A stretch of 64,000 nucleotides of DNA from Octopus vulgaris (lineage: Eukaryota): NCBI GenBank assembly GCA_951406725.2, contig OX597823.1, positions 29,264,001 through 29,328,000 of the forward strand, written 5' to 3'. The position numbers and the translations under genes are program-made. Numbering within the stretch: the first letter of the stretch is position 1; each line of letters opens with the position of its first letter. The notes beneath the pieces are model-generated. The model saw nothing but the letters and a program-made list of their open reading frames with translations. It had not been told where the DNA came from and did no database searches. Shown here piece after piece: positions 12,646 through 25,397 of this stretch.

Positions 12646-13023
12646 TTAGAAACAAGAGAAGTTAGAGAGCGCAAACCTCCGCCACGGCAACACCAACGTC
12701 TTCACAACGATTAGCCAGAGATGATTTTTAAAATGAGAATATCTGAAATAAACTTGACTGCTCTCACAAATGAAAATACTAAAACTGAACACGACAGCTC
12801 TCAAAAATTAAGTTTAAAACAACCGGAAAAATAATCCAGAATCCTTGTCCGGTGACGGATCGATCCCAAAATCTAATCAGTTCGTGCCAGTCGCGAGGCC
12901 AAACACCCCTGAAAGTTTCATTTGAATCCATCCAGCGGTTCTTAAGATACCTTGTCCACGAACAAACACGACTGAAAACAACACCATCGCCTTCACTACG
13001 GTTTGTACACTTGGCGACAATAA
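12646..13023 (+). mobile_element. Non-autonomous Helentron/DINE-like element
   Basis: AACAAGAG start, ACCTCCGCC subterminal motif, AAAGTTTCAT..AATCCATCCAGCGGTTCTT core; similar 3' fragment at 61215-61295. Confidence 0.5.
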
Positions 13024-13898
13024 CTAAATTTCATACAATAAAATTTCATGACATAATGTTGTGAACGTTATGCCTAATAGTTGAAATAACTAGAAGTTTT
13101 ACAAAAATAATTCAGAAAACTAATCCTTTTAAGTCATAGAAATCGAATCAATTCATTGAAAACGTGTTTATGTATTTCTAATGGCTTCAACGAACCAGCT
13201 ATAATCTAACTGTTATTATTCGAATGTTCACTCTGATTAAATCATTTGTCAAGTACAATTCAGGAATACTATAGTTATAATTTATTATTATTTTTACTAT
13301 TAGAATTTCCGAACGCTGCGAGATTGCAGTATCGTTAGAGCTCGGTTATAAAAAGTCCTGTGTTGTTGCAGCTTTTTACAGTCTGTATACAAATCCGGCC
13401 AGGGACAATTTCGCCTCCCATCGTTTCAGGGACGATGAACTAAAGTGCTACTCAGGTAATTTGGTCAATGGTATCATCTAACTTCTGATCTCAAAATTCC
13501 TGGCCTCGTGTCCAAAATCAGAAACCGTTATTAAAATTCTTGTGATGGTCTTTTGATTGTTGGTGATTGATTCTTGGCAATGACATCTTTCAGTTCAATC
13601 CCTCCTTAATAAGACACAGCAGGACACTGGAGATCAGAATAGAGACCTTTCAATTTAAATGTATGAAGCATTTCAACGAACAAATAGCAAAGTAAACGAG
13701 AGATATATAAAATTCAAAGAAATTAACCTTATGAATATGTTTTTGTACTGGCGTAGCAGAGGTGAAAGATGGCATTAAACAAAAATACACTATAATCTGT
13801 ATCTAACTACAATGGTCTATATCATCGAGGGATTATCTCATGCTTTTGTTATTATAACGTTTATATGATTATAAATAATTGTTTGTCAATAGGAATGT

Positions 13899-13947
<49 letters not shown>

Positions 13948-15128
13948 CTTTATTTTAAGCAGCAGAAAAAATCAACAAAATCTGTTACTCTGAGTTTCTC
14001 GTTGCCGTTCATCAGACAGTTTTTGCTAGAATGGAACATATATATTAATTCAATCTATACTCTTACAAACGCTACACCTTTAAAAAGAAATGGACTTGTT
14101 TGATTGGCCCTTTAGAAAAAACGGTCAATCTTCGAGCGATAAACAAAAAGGTCAAAAATATATGTATATATATATAAAAACTTATAAAAATTATAAAATC
14201 CGAGGAAAATACCGAGGAAAAAACCTGTTGCCGTTAATGAAGACAGTACAAATTAATGCATAGAAATTAAACCTGTTATAAATACTGCAATACATATTTA
14301 TATTAAAATTCACATATATATATCAACATACACAAAAGGATGCGCGTAAACGCCATACATACATATACAGACGTATGAATATGAATCTAAATTATACACA
14401 TAAAAGCATGTGTACATATATTCACGCAAACCGTCTCGCACGCAAGCTAAATTTCATCTATGTAGCAATTCTCATATACTGAGCAAGGAGGGGAACGAAA
14501 GAAAGGGAAGAGAGAAAAACGGAGGAGGGGTGGGGAAAAAAATTTGTAGCGATGTTATTTGGCATCTATAGAGGCCTGTATACATACACAAGTTTGAATT
14601 GATACATATACATACCGTCGTGTATATGTGTGCTTAAGCACAAGCATACTTTCACTCACACATACACAGATACGCATGCTTACAAATACATATGCTTTGC
14701 TATACACAAACTTATATAAACATTCTAAATTTGACAACATTGCTTTTTTTATAAAAAAACATTGCTTTTAAAAAATGCATTAATAAAAATATATACGAAG
14801 GACCTATAAAATAAAATATAACATCCTATTTTGGGTCATTTATAAATAATCAAGGTAATATAAATAATCAAGGTAATCTTATGCAATACAATAACATGAA
14901 AACAAAGTTTGTAGGTTTTTCCTAATATATATGTAGAAATAATAAGACTTTGCTATAGGTCCGTTGTAGCGCTCAAGAGTCAAAATCAAAATCAAAAAAT
15001 CAAAATACAAAATATATACTCTATCCATATGGTATATTTATATTCGACATTTTAAATTTAGCCTTGTGCCTACATAAGTTCATTAATTCACTTCTTTGAT
15101 TCAAAGAATTATTGTCTTTGAATAATAT

Positions 15129-15242
15129 ATGCATATATTATTCAAAGACAATAATTCTTTGAATCAAAGAAGTGAATTAATGAACTTATGTAGGCACAAG
15201 GCTAAATTTAAAATGTCGAATATAAATATACCATATGGATAG
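15129..15242 (+). pseudogene. C-terminal fragment of a Penelope-like (Naiad-type) RT/GIY-YIG endonuclease ORF
   Basis: Translates MHILFKDNNSLNQRSELMNLCRHKAKFKMSNINIPYG*. The LNxRSEL-x3-CRH-x2-KF pattern is the typical end of PLE GIY-YIG domains. Mirrored at 15021-15134 on the minus strand. Confidence 0.75.
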
Positions 15243-16248
15243 AGTATATATTTTGTATTTTGATTTTTTGATTTTGATTTTGACTCTTGAGCGCTACAAC
15301 GGACCTATAGCAAAGTCTTATTGTTTCTACATATATATTAGGAAAAACCTACAAACTTTGTTTTCATGTTATTGTATTGCATAAGATTACCTTGATTATT
15401 TATATTACCTTGATTATTTATAAATGATCCAAAATAGGATGTTATATTTTATTTTATAGGTCCTTCGTATATATTTTTATTAATGCATTTTTTAAAAGCA
15501 ATGTTTTTTTATAAAAAAAGCAATGTTGTCAAATTTAGAATGTTTATATAAGTTTGTGTATAGCAAAGCATATGTATTTGTAAGCATGCGTATCTGTGTA
15601 TGTGTGAGTGAAAGTATGCTTGTGCTTAAGCACACATATACACGACGGTATGTATATGTATCAATTCAAACTTGTGTATGTATACAGGCCTCTATAGATG
15701 CCAAATAACATCGCTACAAATTTTTTCCCCACCCCTCCTCCGTTCCTTTTTCTCTCTTTCCCTTTCTTTCGTTCCCCCTCCTTGCTCAGTATATGAGAAT
15801 TGCTACATAGATGAAATTTAGCTTGCGTGCGAGACGGTTTGCGTGAATATATGTACACATGCTTTTATGTGTATAATTTAGATTCATATTCATACGTCTG
15901 TATATGTATGTATGGCGTTTACGCGCATCCTTTTGTGTATGTTGATATATATATGTGAATTTTAATATAAATATGTATTGCAGTATTTATAACAGGTTTA
16001 ATTTCTATGCATTAATTTGTACTGTCTTCATTAACGGCAACAGGTTTTTTCCTCGGTATTTTCCTCGGATTTTATAATTTTTATAAGTTTTTATATATAT
16101 ATACATATATTTTTGACCTTTTTGTTTATCGCTCGAAGATTGACCGTTTTTTCTAAAGGGCCAATCAAACAAGTCCATTTCTTTTTAAAGGTGTAGCGTT
16201 TGTAAGAGTATAGATTGAATTAATATATATGTTCCATTCTAGCAAAAA

Positions 16249-16286
16249 CTGTCTGATGAACGGCAACGAGAAACTCAGAGTAACAG
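16249..16286 (+). ncRNA. Minimal type-I hammerhead ribozyme
   Basis: ctgt-CTGATGA-a-CG-gcaa-CG-a-GAAAC-T-cag-A-GTA-acag; stem I ctgt/acag; predicted cleavage after A16282. Mirror copy at ~13981-14018(-). Confidence 0.7.
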
Positions 16287-16389
16287 ATTTTGTTGATTTT
16301 TCTGCTGCTTAAAATAAAGCATATTACTCTACCACTGGTATTTGAGTACTCTTTTTTCCACCTTGTTTCACATTTATGTGTTTACTCCG

Positions 16390-16433
<44 letters not shown>

Positions 16434-16532
16434 GAGTGTTGTAGTTCGCTTGAAGCATTATGTACTCTTTATAAAGAATAAAAAGTTTTGAATGGTACAA
16501 CAATGCATTATAATACAAACAATGGGCTATAT

Positions 16533-16803
16533 ACCTGTTATAATTTATTCATCCATAGCCTGATAATATTTCGGAATAAAATTCTTTCTACAATTATTTT
16601 TATATGAAGTCGCTGCTGTAATCAGTTTTCCAACGGCATTTCCTTTCTTTTTATTTCGGAAGACGCTTACGAAAAAAAAAAAAAAAAAATGAAAAGCCGT
16701 TGGAAAACCGATTATAGCAGCGACTCCATCTAAAAATATATCTGAAGAAGGAATTTTATTCCGAAATATTATCAGGCTATGGATGACTAAATTACAACAA
16801 GTA
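16533..16803. mobile_element. Fold-back MITE with ~110-bp imperfect TIRs
   Basis: CATCCATAGCCTGATAATATTTCGGAATAAAATTC is inverted at ~16752-16786; arms are symmetric, with no tail. Confidence 0.7.
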
Positions 16804-16849
16804 CATACATGCATACATACATACATACATACATACATACATACATACA

Positions 16850-16902
<53 letters not shown>

Positions 16903-17051
16903 TAGGTTTGGAGATGTTGTACAGGTATTTTATATTAGAAGAAATGAGCTACTCAGAAATTCGGATGGTTTTATATTTACAGATATTTATTTTTACATTA
17001 CATGTTTTTATACATCATACATCATATATCATATATCATATATATTATATA

Positions 17052-17113
<62 letters not shown>

Positions 17114-18328
17114 GGGGGTCTATATTATTATTTCAGTGAAAACATATTTTGAATATTCTATTGGGTTCTGAGATGTTGACATTAAGAGTTTTTTCTATGT
17201 TTCCTTTTTCTTTAGGTTCGCAAGAAGAGTTATTGTTGACTGATCTTAGTTGAGATTTGATCAAATGTGGGAATTGCTGATCACTTTAGTAAGGCGCATT
17301 AAGCATTCGATTCATTGGCTAAGCGAAACAAGAACGCAGAATCGGACAGAAGAACGTTACACTTTCTATTGGATGAAAATGTGATTTTCACCAAATTGTA
17401 TCATCTCGTAAACCAACAACTCTTTGTTTGTTTGTTTGTTTCAATTTCTACAGTCTAGTCATTGGTTATTAAACCCGTTTTCACCTTATTTCACAGCTTG
17501 GCGGACTCGTCAGTCGAGAAATAACAATAAAATGTCTTAACCATGAACACAGCTCAAATTATTTGAAACTATCGAACGCTTCTTTATAAACTCGTTCCCT
17601 GCTTCGAAAGAAGAGCACACATTACACAATAAATAAATATAAATAAATATAATTACATAAATATATGGTAGCACAAATGGATAAAAACATTAGCTGTTTT
17701 AATTAACTATATTTATTGTAATGGTTGACTCAATCTATTTCACTGTATTAATTTTCTTTTATATCGATATTTTACCCGTCTTTCTATACAAGATCTGGTC
17801 CAGTGATATAAAACGGCTAAATTCAATTATTCTTTATGTTTATAAATGCTGGAACTTTTCACTTTTTTCTTTCCGATAATGTTTGATTTTTTGTTTGTTT
17901 GCTTTATTATTTTTTTTGGGGGGGGGGGGTACGAAATTTGAAATACGTTTTTCTCCTTTACTTGTCTTATGTTTTTTTTTTCTTTTTTACTTTTATTTAT
18001 CTATACAATATTTCCAATGACCCTTTATTCCCCTGAGGAATTATAAATGTTCACATTAGAATATTGTTAAACGGAGTGAAATAAATCCGTTAAATATATC
18101 TCTCTCACTTAGCAACGAGATTTCAAACTTAGTTCTACTAATCGAAATTGTTCTTTCGATAATTTAAGTGACCTACTGAACTCGTACATTTACTTTCTAT
18201 TCAAATTCATTGTCTTTTCACTGGTTTCAATCATTGCATTGTTGTCACGCTGGGGTACTGCTTTCAAATCGACCGTAATAATTCCTTCTCGTACATAATT
18301 TTATTGCTCAATATTGACTGGAATCTAA

Positions 18329-18607
18329 GGCGGCGAGCTGGCTTAAAAGTTAGCACGTCGGGCGAAATGCTTAGCGGTATTTCGTCCACCGCTGCGTTCT
18401 GAGTTCAAATTCCGCCGAGGTCGACTTTGCTTTTCATCCTTTCAGGGTCGATTAAATAAGTACCAGTTACGCACTGAGGTCGATATAATCGACTTAATCC
18501 GTTTGTCTGTTCTTGATTGTCCTCTCTGTGTTTAGCCCCTTGTGGGTAGTAAAGAAATAGGTATTTCGTCTGCCGTTACATTCTGAGTTCAAATTCCGCC
18601 GAGGTCG
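18329..18607 (+). mobile_element. Meta-type SINE with partial second unit
   Basis: Family consensus; junction AAAGAAATAG|GTATTTCGTC at ~18560. Confidence 0.85.
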
Positions 18608-19077
18608 ATGATGATGAAAAACGATTTTATCCAAATCCCTCTTTAGCTCCCAAAGGATTTCGTAGATAATCGGCCACTTTAGGTAGAAATTCAGTTGATT
18701 AAACAACCGAAAGCTTTTTTGTCAGGAAATTCCGAACGAAATCCATTTAATAGTTATTAACGGCTTGACCTAATGGTTGGGGTGTTAGGCTCACGATCAT
18801 AAGACCGAGAGCTCGATTCCTAACCCGGACAGCACGCTGTGTCTTTGACCAAGGTATTTCATTATAACTAGCCTAGTGCTGGTGCGGTCCTTTCTTCTAT
18901 AAGCTGTTACATCGTCAATATTCTGTTGGGTCAGGGGTTGCAAGAGCCAAGAAGGTATCTACGCCTGTTCGCGACTATATGGGCACCTAAACCAATTGAG
19001 AAAACATGGTACACCTAAATTCATACACGCTTCTCAGTGTCAGCTACAACAATAATGAGTATTTTTGGCTATCGTGG

Positions 19078-19449
19078 TACTCCGTCGGTTACGACGACGA
19101 GGATTCCAGTTGATCCGATCAACGGAACAACCCGCTCGTGAAATTAACGTGTAAGTGGCTGAGCACTCCACAGACACGTGTACCCTTAACGTAGTTCTCG
19201 GGAAGATTCAGCGTGACACGGAGTGTGGCAAGGCAAGCTCTTTGAAATACAGGTACAACAGAAACTGAGAGAAAGAGTGAGAGAAAATTGTGGTGAAAGC
19301 AGGGTTCACCACCACCACTCCTTGCCGGAGCCTCATGGAGCCTTAGGTGTTTTCGCTCAATAAACATTTACAACGCCCTGTCTGGGAATCGAAACGGCGA
19401 TCCTACGACCGCGATTCCGCTGCCCTAACCACTAGGCCGTTGCGCCTCC
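19078..19449 (-). mobile_element. Same tRNA-SINE family, full length
   Basis: High similarity to 26495-26877. Confidence 0.88.
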
Positions 19450-19878
19450 ACATTTTTGACAATATTACGTATTTGTAGCTATAATAAAATTCTGTAATGC
19501 TTTATATATTCAAATAGTTACCAACCATGGCAAGTAGTTTATTTCCTTATTTCCTATGATTTTGGTTAATACTGGGTGAAATGCTTTTCAGATAGCACAA
19601 GTGGATAATTCGTTGAACAGCGAATGTAACGTTACTCGATAGATTTCATTTTGTTTCAGTTAGTTACCGTGGAAACTTATTCTTTATGGTTATACTATTT
19701 CGAGTTATCGTCAATAGCTGACTGAGGTTTCACGTGCTTCAGGGTGTATGTATATATATATATAATGCTCAGGGTGTTTATGTATCCGTGCGGAATCGCC
19801 CAAGGATAGATTGAAATAAGATATCTTTGTGTTAAATTATTAATATCCGTAATATACATTTATATATGTATGTGCGTA

Positions 19879-19909
<31 letters not shown>

Positions 19910-19978
19910 GTGTGTGTGTGCGTGTGTGTGTATGTATGTATGTATATGTATATATATATATATATATGTATGTATATG

Positions 19979-20032
<54 letters not shown>

Positions 20033-20033
20033 A

Positions 20034-20077
<44 letters not shown>

Positions 20078-20079
20078 AT

Positions 20080-20355
20080 CAATATTTCTAAATCTCTCAG
20101 AGATAGATATATTCAGTAACAGTACTTTAGAGAAAAGACTATGTGCCAACATAATGTGGCTACCCTGATGGGACGAATATTACTGTTGTTTATCCCCAGG
20201 AAAAGTCGTTTCCAGATAGCTAGTCAACACACAGATGTTGCTTTGTGCTGGATGGAAGAATTGCTGAGCTCCCCTGTTCGAAAATATAAAGACACAGATA
20301 CTGTGTCGTATAGCCAGCTGGAAACAACGTTTTCTGTGCCTAAACAACAGTATTA
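20080..20355. mobile_element. Degenerate PLE-type hairpin insert
   Basis: Inverted arms ~20177-20222 and ~20311-20354; degenerate HHR agaa-TTGCTGA...GAAAC-AAC-GTT-ttct; ~95-nt left tail; TA-flanked. Confidence 0.45.
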
Positions 20356-21133
20356 TACATCTAAATATGAGGACGTATAATATAAAATTATATTATGTGT
20401 GTGTATGTATATATATACATATTTATATATATAAATATATAGAGAGAGAGAGAGAAAGAGAGAGAGAGGGAGGGGGGGAGAGAACATGAACAAGCGAACA
20501 ATAATCGAGAATATGACATCTTTATTTGATGGTTACAAAATAAACTCTCGTTTCTGTTGTGCCAGCATATTTCGATATAGGGGGCAGAAAGGGGAACAAA
20601 ATACCAGGCAATCCAATATATCCGATAATTTATGCTAACAGCAGAAATGATCGTTGGGTCTGTATGATGTGATGTTCAAATAAAGACGTGATATTCTCCC
20701 TTATTGCTCATGTTGTTACATACTCTGGCTTTCTTGAAATTCTTCTAAGTGACCTTTTGATTTACTTATCATACATGAGAAATTACATTGGAAGTTAATG
20801 CTATCTGAATTTATTGGTATCTGATTGTTTGATGTCGTTAACCAAGTTCGCTTTACCCAGAGTATACACACACACACAGAGATTAGTAGTAAGGAATAAT
20901 AAAAGCAAAATCAACATCTCAATCAATCCTTAAGCACTTCGCCGCAGTTACTTAAACACTTAACAAAAAAGACGTAGGTATGGCTGTGTGGTAAGAAGTT
21001 TGCTTGTCAACCACAAGGTTACGGATTCGATACCACTGTATGTTACTTGCGCTAGTGTTCTCTAGTATAGCCTTGGTCCTACTAATGCATCGTGAGTCGA
21101 TTTGGTAGACGGCAACTTAAGGAAGTTCAAACG

Positions 21134-21199
<66 letters not shown>

Positions 21200-21205
<6 letters not shown>

Positions 21206-21345
21206 TGGTGTCGCGAAAGGCCTAGTTGGATGCCAAACCTTCCGAGTTCTTTTACAGAGCTTAGAAGAACCTCCCCAACGGCTGCAATAAGTGTGTGAAT
21301 CTGAGAGGGGAATATGTTGAAAAAAATCATAATTAACTGATCCCC
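21200..21345 (+). mobile_element. mariner C-terminal fragment
   Basis: CNKCVNLRGEYVEK-like terminus. Confidence 0.55.
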
Positions 21346-21640
21346 TTATATTTTCCTTGATTTCAGGTAAGATCACCGTGAAGGAAGTTCACCGTGAAGG
21401 AAGTTCATTTTGAAGAAAATTTACCAAGAAAATATATCGATAGTAACTCACTATAGATAGTTAAAAACTATTTTATTGAAAAAAAGAAAGGGTGAATTGA
21501 GGACGGTGTACTTACTGGACCAGATTTATTTTACCCAGAGCCAGAAACTATTCAGCACCCACTTGTATATACATACATACATACATACATACATACATAC
21601 ATACATACATACATACATACATACATACATACATACATAC

Positions 21641-22190
21641 ATGGTGGCTGCCCCCTCGTTATCGAGTATGGCCATTGCATTAAGCTTAATCAATGTTGTT
21701 ATCATGAAATGCCTGTGCAAAAATTTTTTTTTTTTTAAGTGAGGAAAGGCTGTGCACTGAGTCAATCCCACTCACTAAGCAACAGCAGCCATAATCCGAA
21801 AAGAAGAACAAGTCAACATCATCGGTAACCACTGAGCCGCAGGTTTTATGTCGGAGTTATCCCAGTTACCTGAGTTACCTTCTCCTAGAAGGATGCCCTA
21901 ACAAAGGCTAGGAGTCCTTCGCTCCCAATGGTTTAACCGCGCGATCGAGTATTCAGTCCGATTATTTCTATGTCCCCGCGCATGATACAGCCTTAAGACA
22001 TTTATTGGATGGCCGTTGACACTCAAGAGTTCCTCCGCCCTTTGACGGGTTTTGTTTTTCATCCCGCAGGGTGTCCAATAAACACCCTCCTCACCAAGCA
22101 AGCTTGGTGGGGTTGCCAGTTTAGTCGCCGACGACCCGACCATGCAACAGGTTGTACTGGGTTATATGTTACCAGTAGCACTCGAAAGTG
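21641..22190 (-). mobile_element. Non-autonomous RTE-like element in (TACA)n
   Basis: TTACCTTCTCCTAGAAGGATGCCCTAACAAAGGCT resembles RTE 5' UTR motifs; GC-rich hairpins; embedded in a TACA tract. Confidence 0.5.
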
Positions 22191-22308
22191 ATACATACAT
22201 ACATACATACATACATACATACATACATACATACATACATACATACATACATGTGTGTAGTGTGTGTATGTGTGTATACGGCTGCGTGTGTACATAGGTA
22301 CATTCGTG

Positions 22309-22359
<51 letters not shown>

Positions 22360-22618
22360 AACTTTGTGTTTGTTCCCCATCGCTGCTTGACAACTGGAGT
22401 TGGTGTGTTTACCTCCTCGTAGCTTAACATTTCAGCAAAAGCTATCGGTAGAATAAGAACCAGATTTTAAAAAATGAATAAGTACAGGGATCGATTCATT
22501 GGAATAAAAATTATCCAAGGCAATGCTCCAGCACGGCCGCAGTCTAATGACTAAAACATGTATATATTATATGTATGTATGTAACTATATATTGTATGTA
22601 TATATTTATGTATGTCTA

Positions 22619-23857
22619 CAGAGTGCGAAAGCAAAACTAGGAAAATAATAGATAATTCACCAAATAGTTTATATTACAACAACCAGCAACCTGACATAAA
22701 TATAAGTTTATAGGGGTATAAAGAGACAATTTATTCAATATGTCTGCCTTCGTTGTCCACAGCCTGCACAAGCTGCCTGAAGGTGTCACAACACTTCATG
22801 ATGAAGTACTCAGACATGTTGTCCTACTCTTCCCTCTGGACTTGCTTAAAATGATCAAGACTTGGATGTGAAGTTCTGTTGGGAAAATGCTCCAATTTGC
22901 CCCATACGGCATAGTCTAGGGAGTTCAAGTCTGGACTGGAAGAAAAGTAGAAGTTGGCAGGCCAAAAGTCAGCGAAGTTGTCTTCGTAGACTTCTGCACT
23001 TTCTTCGCCGTATGAGCTGGGTCCAGACATACTTACCGTGGGGGTAGTTAGACTCCAGCCAAGGCAAAACCATATACGGCAGGACTTTATAATAAACGTC
23101 AGACCTCCACCATTTATCCATACTTGAAAAAATGGAGAGCCATCTTTTTTCCCGTCAAGCGCCACGACTCCTAGTATCATGACTTGAGCTGGGGGCTTGG
23201 TCCTAAAGATGCCCTTTACTTCTGACGGTGGGTTAGCAATGTATCTATCATTGCAACGTTTTTAAAAACAGCATGAACAGTAAAGATATTTTCATCTGAA
23301 AATATTTTCATGGCTTGTCTATTGTGATTCAGGTATCGCAACACTTTTTTGGCCCTTTCATGCCTTTTGACTTTCATTGCATGAGTCAATAGGTGTCTCA
23401 GGGTCCTCACGTATGACCCCAAATGTAAATCAGTGTGAACAGCATTTCTGATGTCCATGGACAGTTTTCTCATAGATGTTGTTGGGTCTATCGAAATTTT
23501 GGCTTTCAGAGACTTAAGAAATGCATTATCCCGTTTTTATTTATGTCTCCGCTTTCTTGCTTTCTCGTGATGCCTCCAATATCCAGCATTCGGTTCTTGA
23601 CGTTGTAGATAGTGCTCACAGAGTGCCCATCAATTTCAGCAATACGTCTCATTGCAGCCACGGCACGAAGCGCAAATCTGCAATGCGTTGTCTCTTGGTA
23701 GCTTAAGTGGACATATTAGATCGTATGACTGGAACTTCTGCATAAATTAAATCAGTTTACCTCCATCCTGAAACAGACAACAATAATTTAGCATTTACTC
23801 TCAGGAATATATGAAAATTAAGGCTTCCAAAATGCTCAAAGTTTTGCTTCCTCCAGC

Positions 23858-23860
<3 letters not shown>
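22619..23860 (-). mobile_element. Tc1/mariner (maT/DD37D-like) transposon, decayed
   Basis: KIFSDENIFTV and WPA..SSPDLNSLDYAVWG; TIRs CAG.G.G..AAGCAAAAC; TA TSD; terminal fragment at 48377-48457. Confidence 0.88.
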
Positions 23861-23921
<61 letters not shown>

Positions 23922-23923
23922 AC

Positions 23924-23982
<59 letters not shown>

Positions 23983-24091
23983 AGGAGCAAAGATACTGAA
24001 GATTCAGTATACACCGCGTGGCAAAATTATGAGTTGAAAATATATTTCTTTTCCAAATATTTTCAACCTATATATATATATATATATATAT

Positions 24092-24156
<65 letters not shown>

Positions 24157-24270
24157 ATGCAGCACGGGATTTTGTCAGCGACGAAAATATTTTGGCAAAT
24201 TAAATTTAAAAGTAAATCTAACGGATTTTGTGTGTTTTTAAATGGTTTATAAACACCTTCCACGCTGCAG

Positions 24271-24344
<74 letters not shown>

Positions 24345-24346
<2 letters not shown>

Positions 24347-24598
24347 ATAAAAATGGTAAAACAACAAAAGAATGAAAGAGAGCTCGATATTATGTGAATA
24401 GAGGAATTTATCTGTAAATATATGGTGACAATTATTCGGTAGCCATGATAAAACTCCGAGTTTCCGATGTCGGGGCGGAAACCACATTTTTTTCGATGCT
24501 CCCATAACTGAAGAGATGGCGGCGTGGATTTCCACCCCGACATCCAAAACTCGGAGTTTTAATATGGCTATCGAATAAATGGCACATATTATATTTAC

Positions 24599-24602
<4 letters not shown>
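24345..24602 (-). mobile_element. PLE-type hairpin insert with HHR (GUU triplet) in (TA)n
   Basis: Tail ~24345-24409; arms ~24410-24485 and ~24524-24602. The plus arm reads ataa-CTGAAGA-GATG..CATC-c-AAAAC-TCGGA-GTT (24504-24562); the minus arm retains GAAAC. Confidence 0.7.
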
Positions 24603-24642
<40 letters not shown>

Positions 24643-25012
24643 TATACAACGACACATATACATCATTACATCAACATAGACGTAGATGCACTTATACATT
24701 TGCAACGGTAGGCATGCATCTGAAGATATACACAGACATCTTCAAGCAGAGAGCCATCTAAGCCACTACATCTACATAGACAAAATGTTACATTCGTAAT
24801 AAATAGTGAAATAATTACCAGTTACGTACTGGGGTCCATATAATCGACTATACTCCTCTCCCAAATTTCAGGCCTTGTGCCTTTAGTAGAAAGAATTATT
24901 ACATTACAGAGATCTGCTATCACATCTACAGTGACTCACTAATACATACACATATACAATCTGTTACGTGTACAGAGATACAAATATTCATAGGCACACA
25001 CGGACACACACA

Positions 25013-25052
<40 letters not shown>

Positions 25053-25094
25053 CACGACTTGATCTTGTATGCGGAGAATAATTATGAAATATAC

Positions 25095-25397
25095 TCTTTT
25101 ACTCTTTTACTCTTTTACTGGTTTCAGTCATTTGACTGCGGTCATGCTGGAGCACCGCCTTTAATCGAGCAACTCGACCCCGGGACTTATTCTTTTGTAA
25201 GCCCAGTACTTATTCTATCGGTCTCTACATATATACGACGGGCTTCTTTCAGTTTCCGTCTACCAAATCTACTCACAAGGCTCTGGTCGGCCCGAGGCTA
25301 TAGTAGAAGACACTTGCCCAAGGTGCCACGCAGTGGGACTGAACCCGGAACCATGTGGTTGGTAAACAAGCTACTTACCACACAGCCACTCCTGCGC
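25095..25397 (-). mobile_element. CORE-like SINE (internal deletion)
   Basis: Same family as 60156. Confidence 0.85.

Larger units (their letters stand above)
13948..16392 (+). mobile_element. Penelope-like retroelement 3' end forming a ~2.37 kb spacerless palindrome plus a 73-nt tail, inserted in (TA)n
   Basis: Arms 13948-15131 and 15132-16319 are reverse complements centred on ...ATATG|CATAT...; mirrored ORFs 14555-14740(-) and 15523-15708(+) are identical; only a few substitutions/indels seen. The right arm carries a PLE C-terminal peptide and an HHR. (TA)n lies on both flanks. Confidence 0.85.
20974..22556 (+). mobile_element. Old CORE-like SINE split by ~1.2 kb of nested insertions
   Basis: Head 20974-21134 and tail ~22365-22556 in the same orientation, flanking microsatellites plus nested elements. 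Confidence 0.6.

Noticed and set aside
14555-15708. Duplicated 61-aa ORF as an inverted gene pair
   Set aside because: A by-product of the palindrome; lies in the AT-rich PLE 3' UTR.
16533-16803. Another HHR hairpin (CTGAAGA at 16742...CCGAAAT)
   Set aside because: No stem III/GUH or stem I pairing, and arms are symmetric without a tail; MITE-like.
22080-22130. Twister ribozyme in the RTE-like element
   Set aside because: AAGC..GAGGG is present, but the 5' UAA/P2 partner is missing; the region folds as a simple hairpin.
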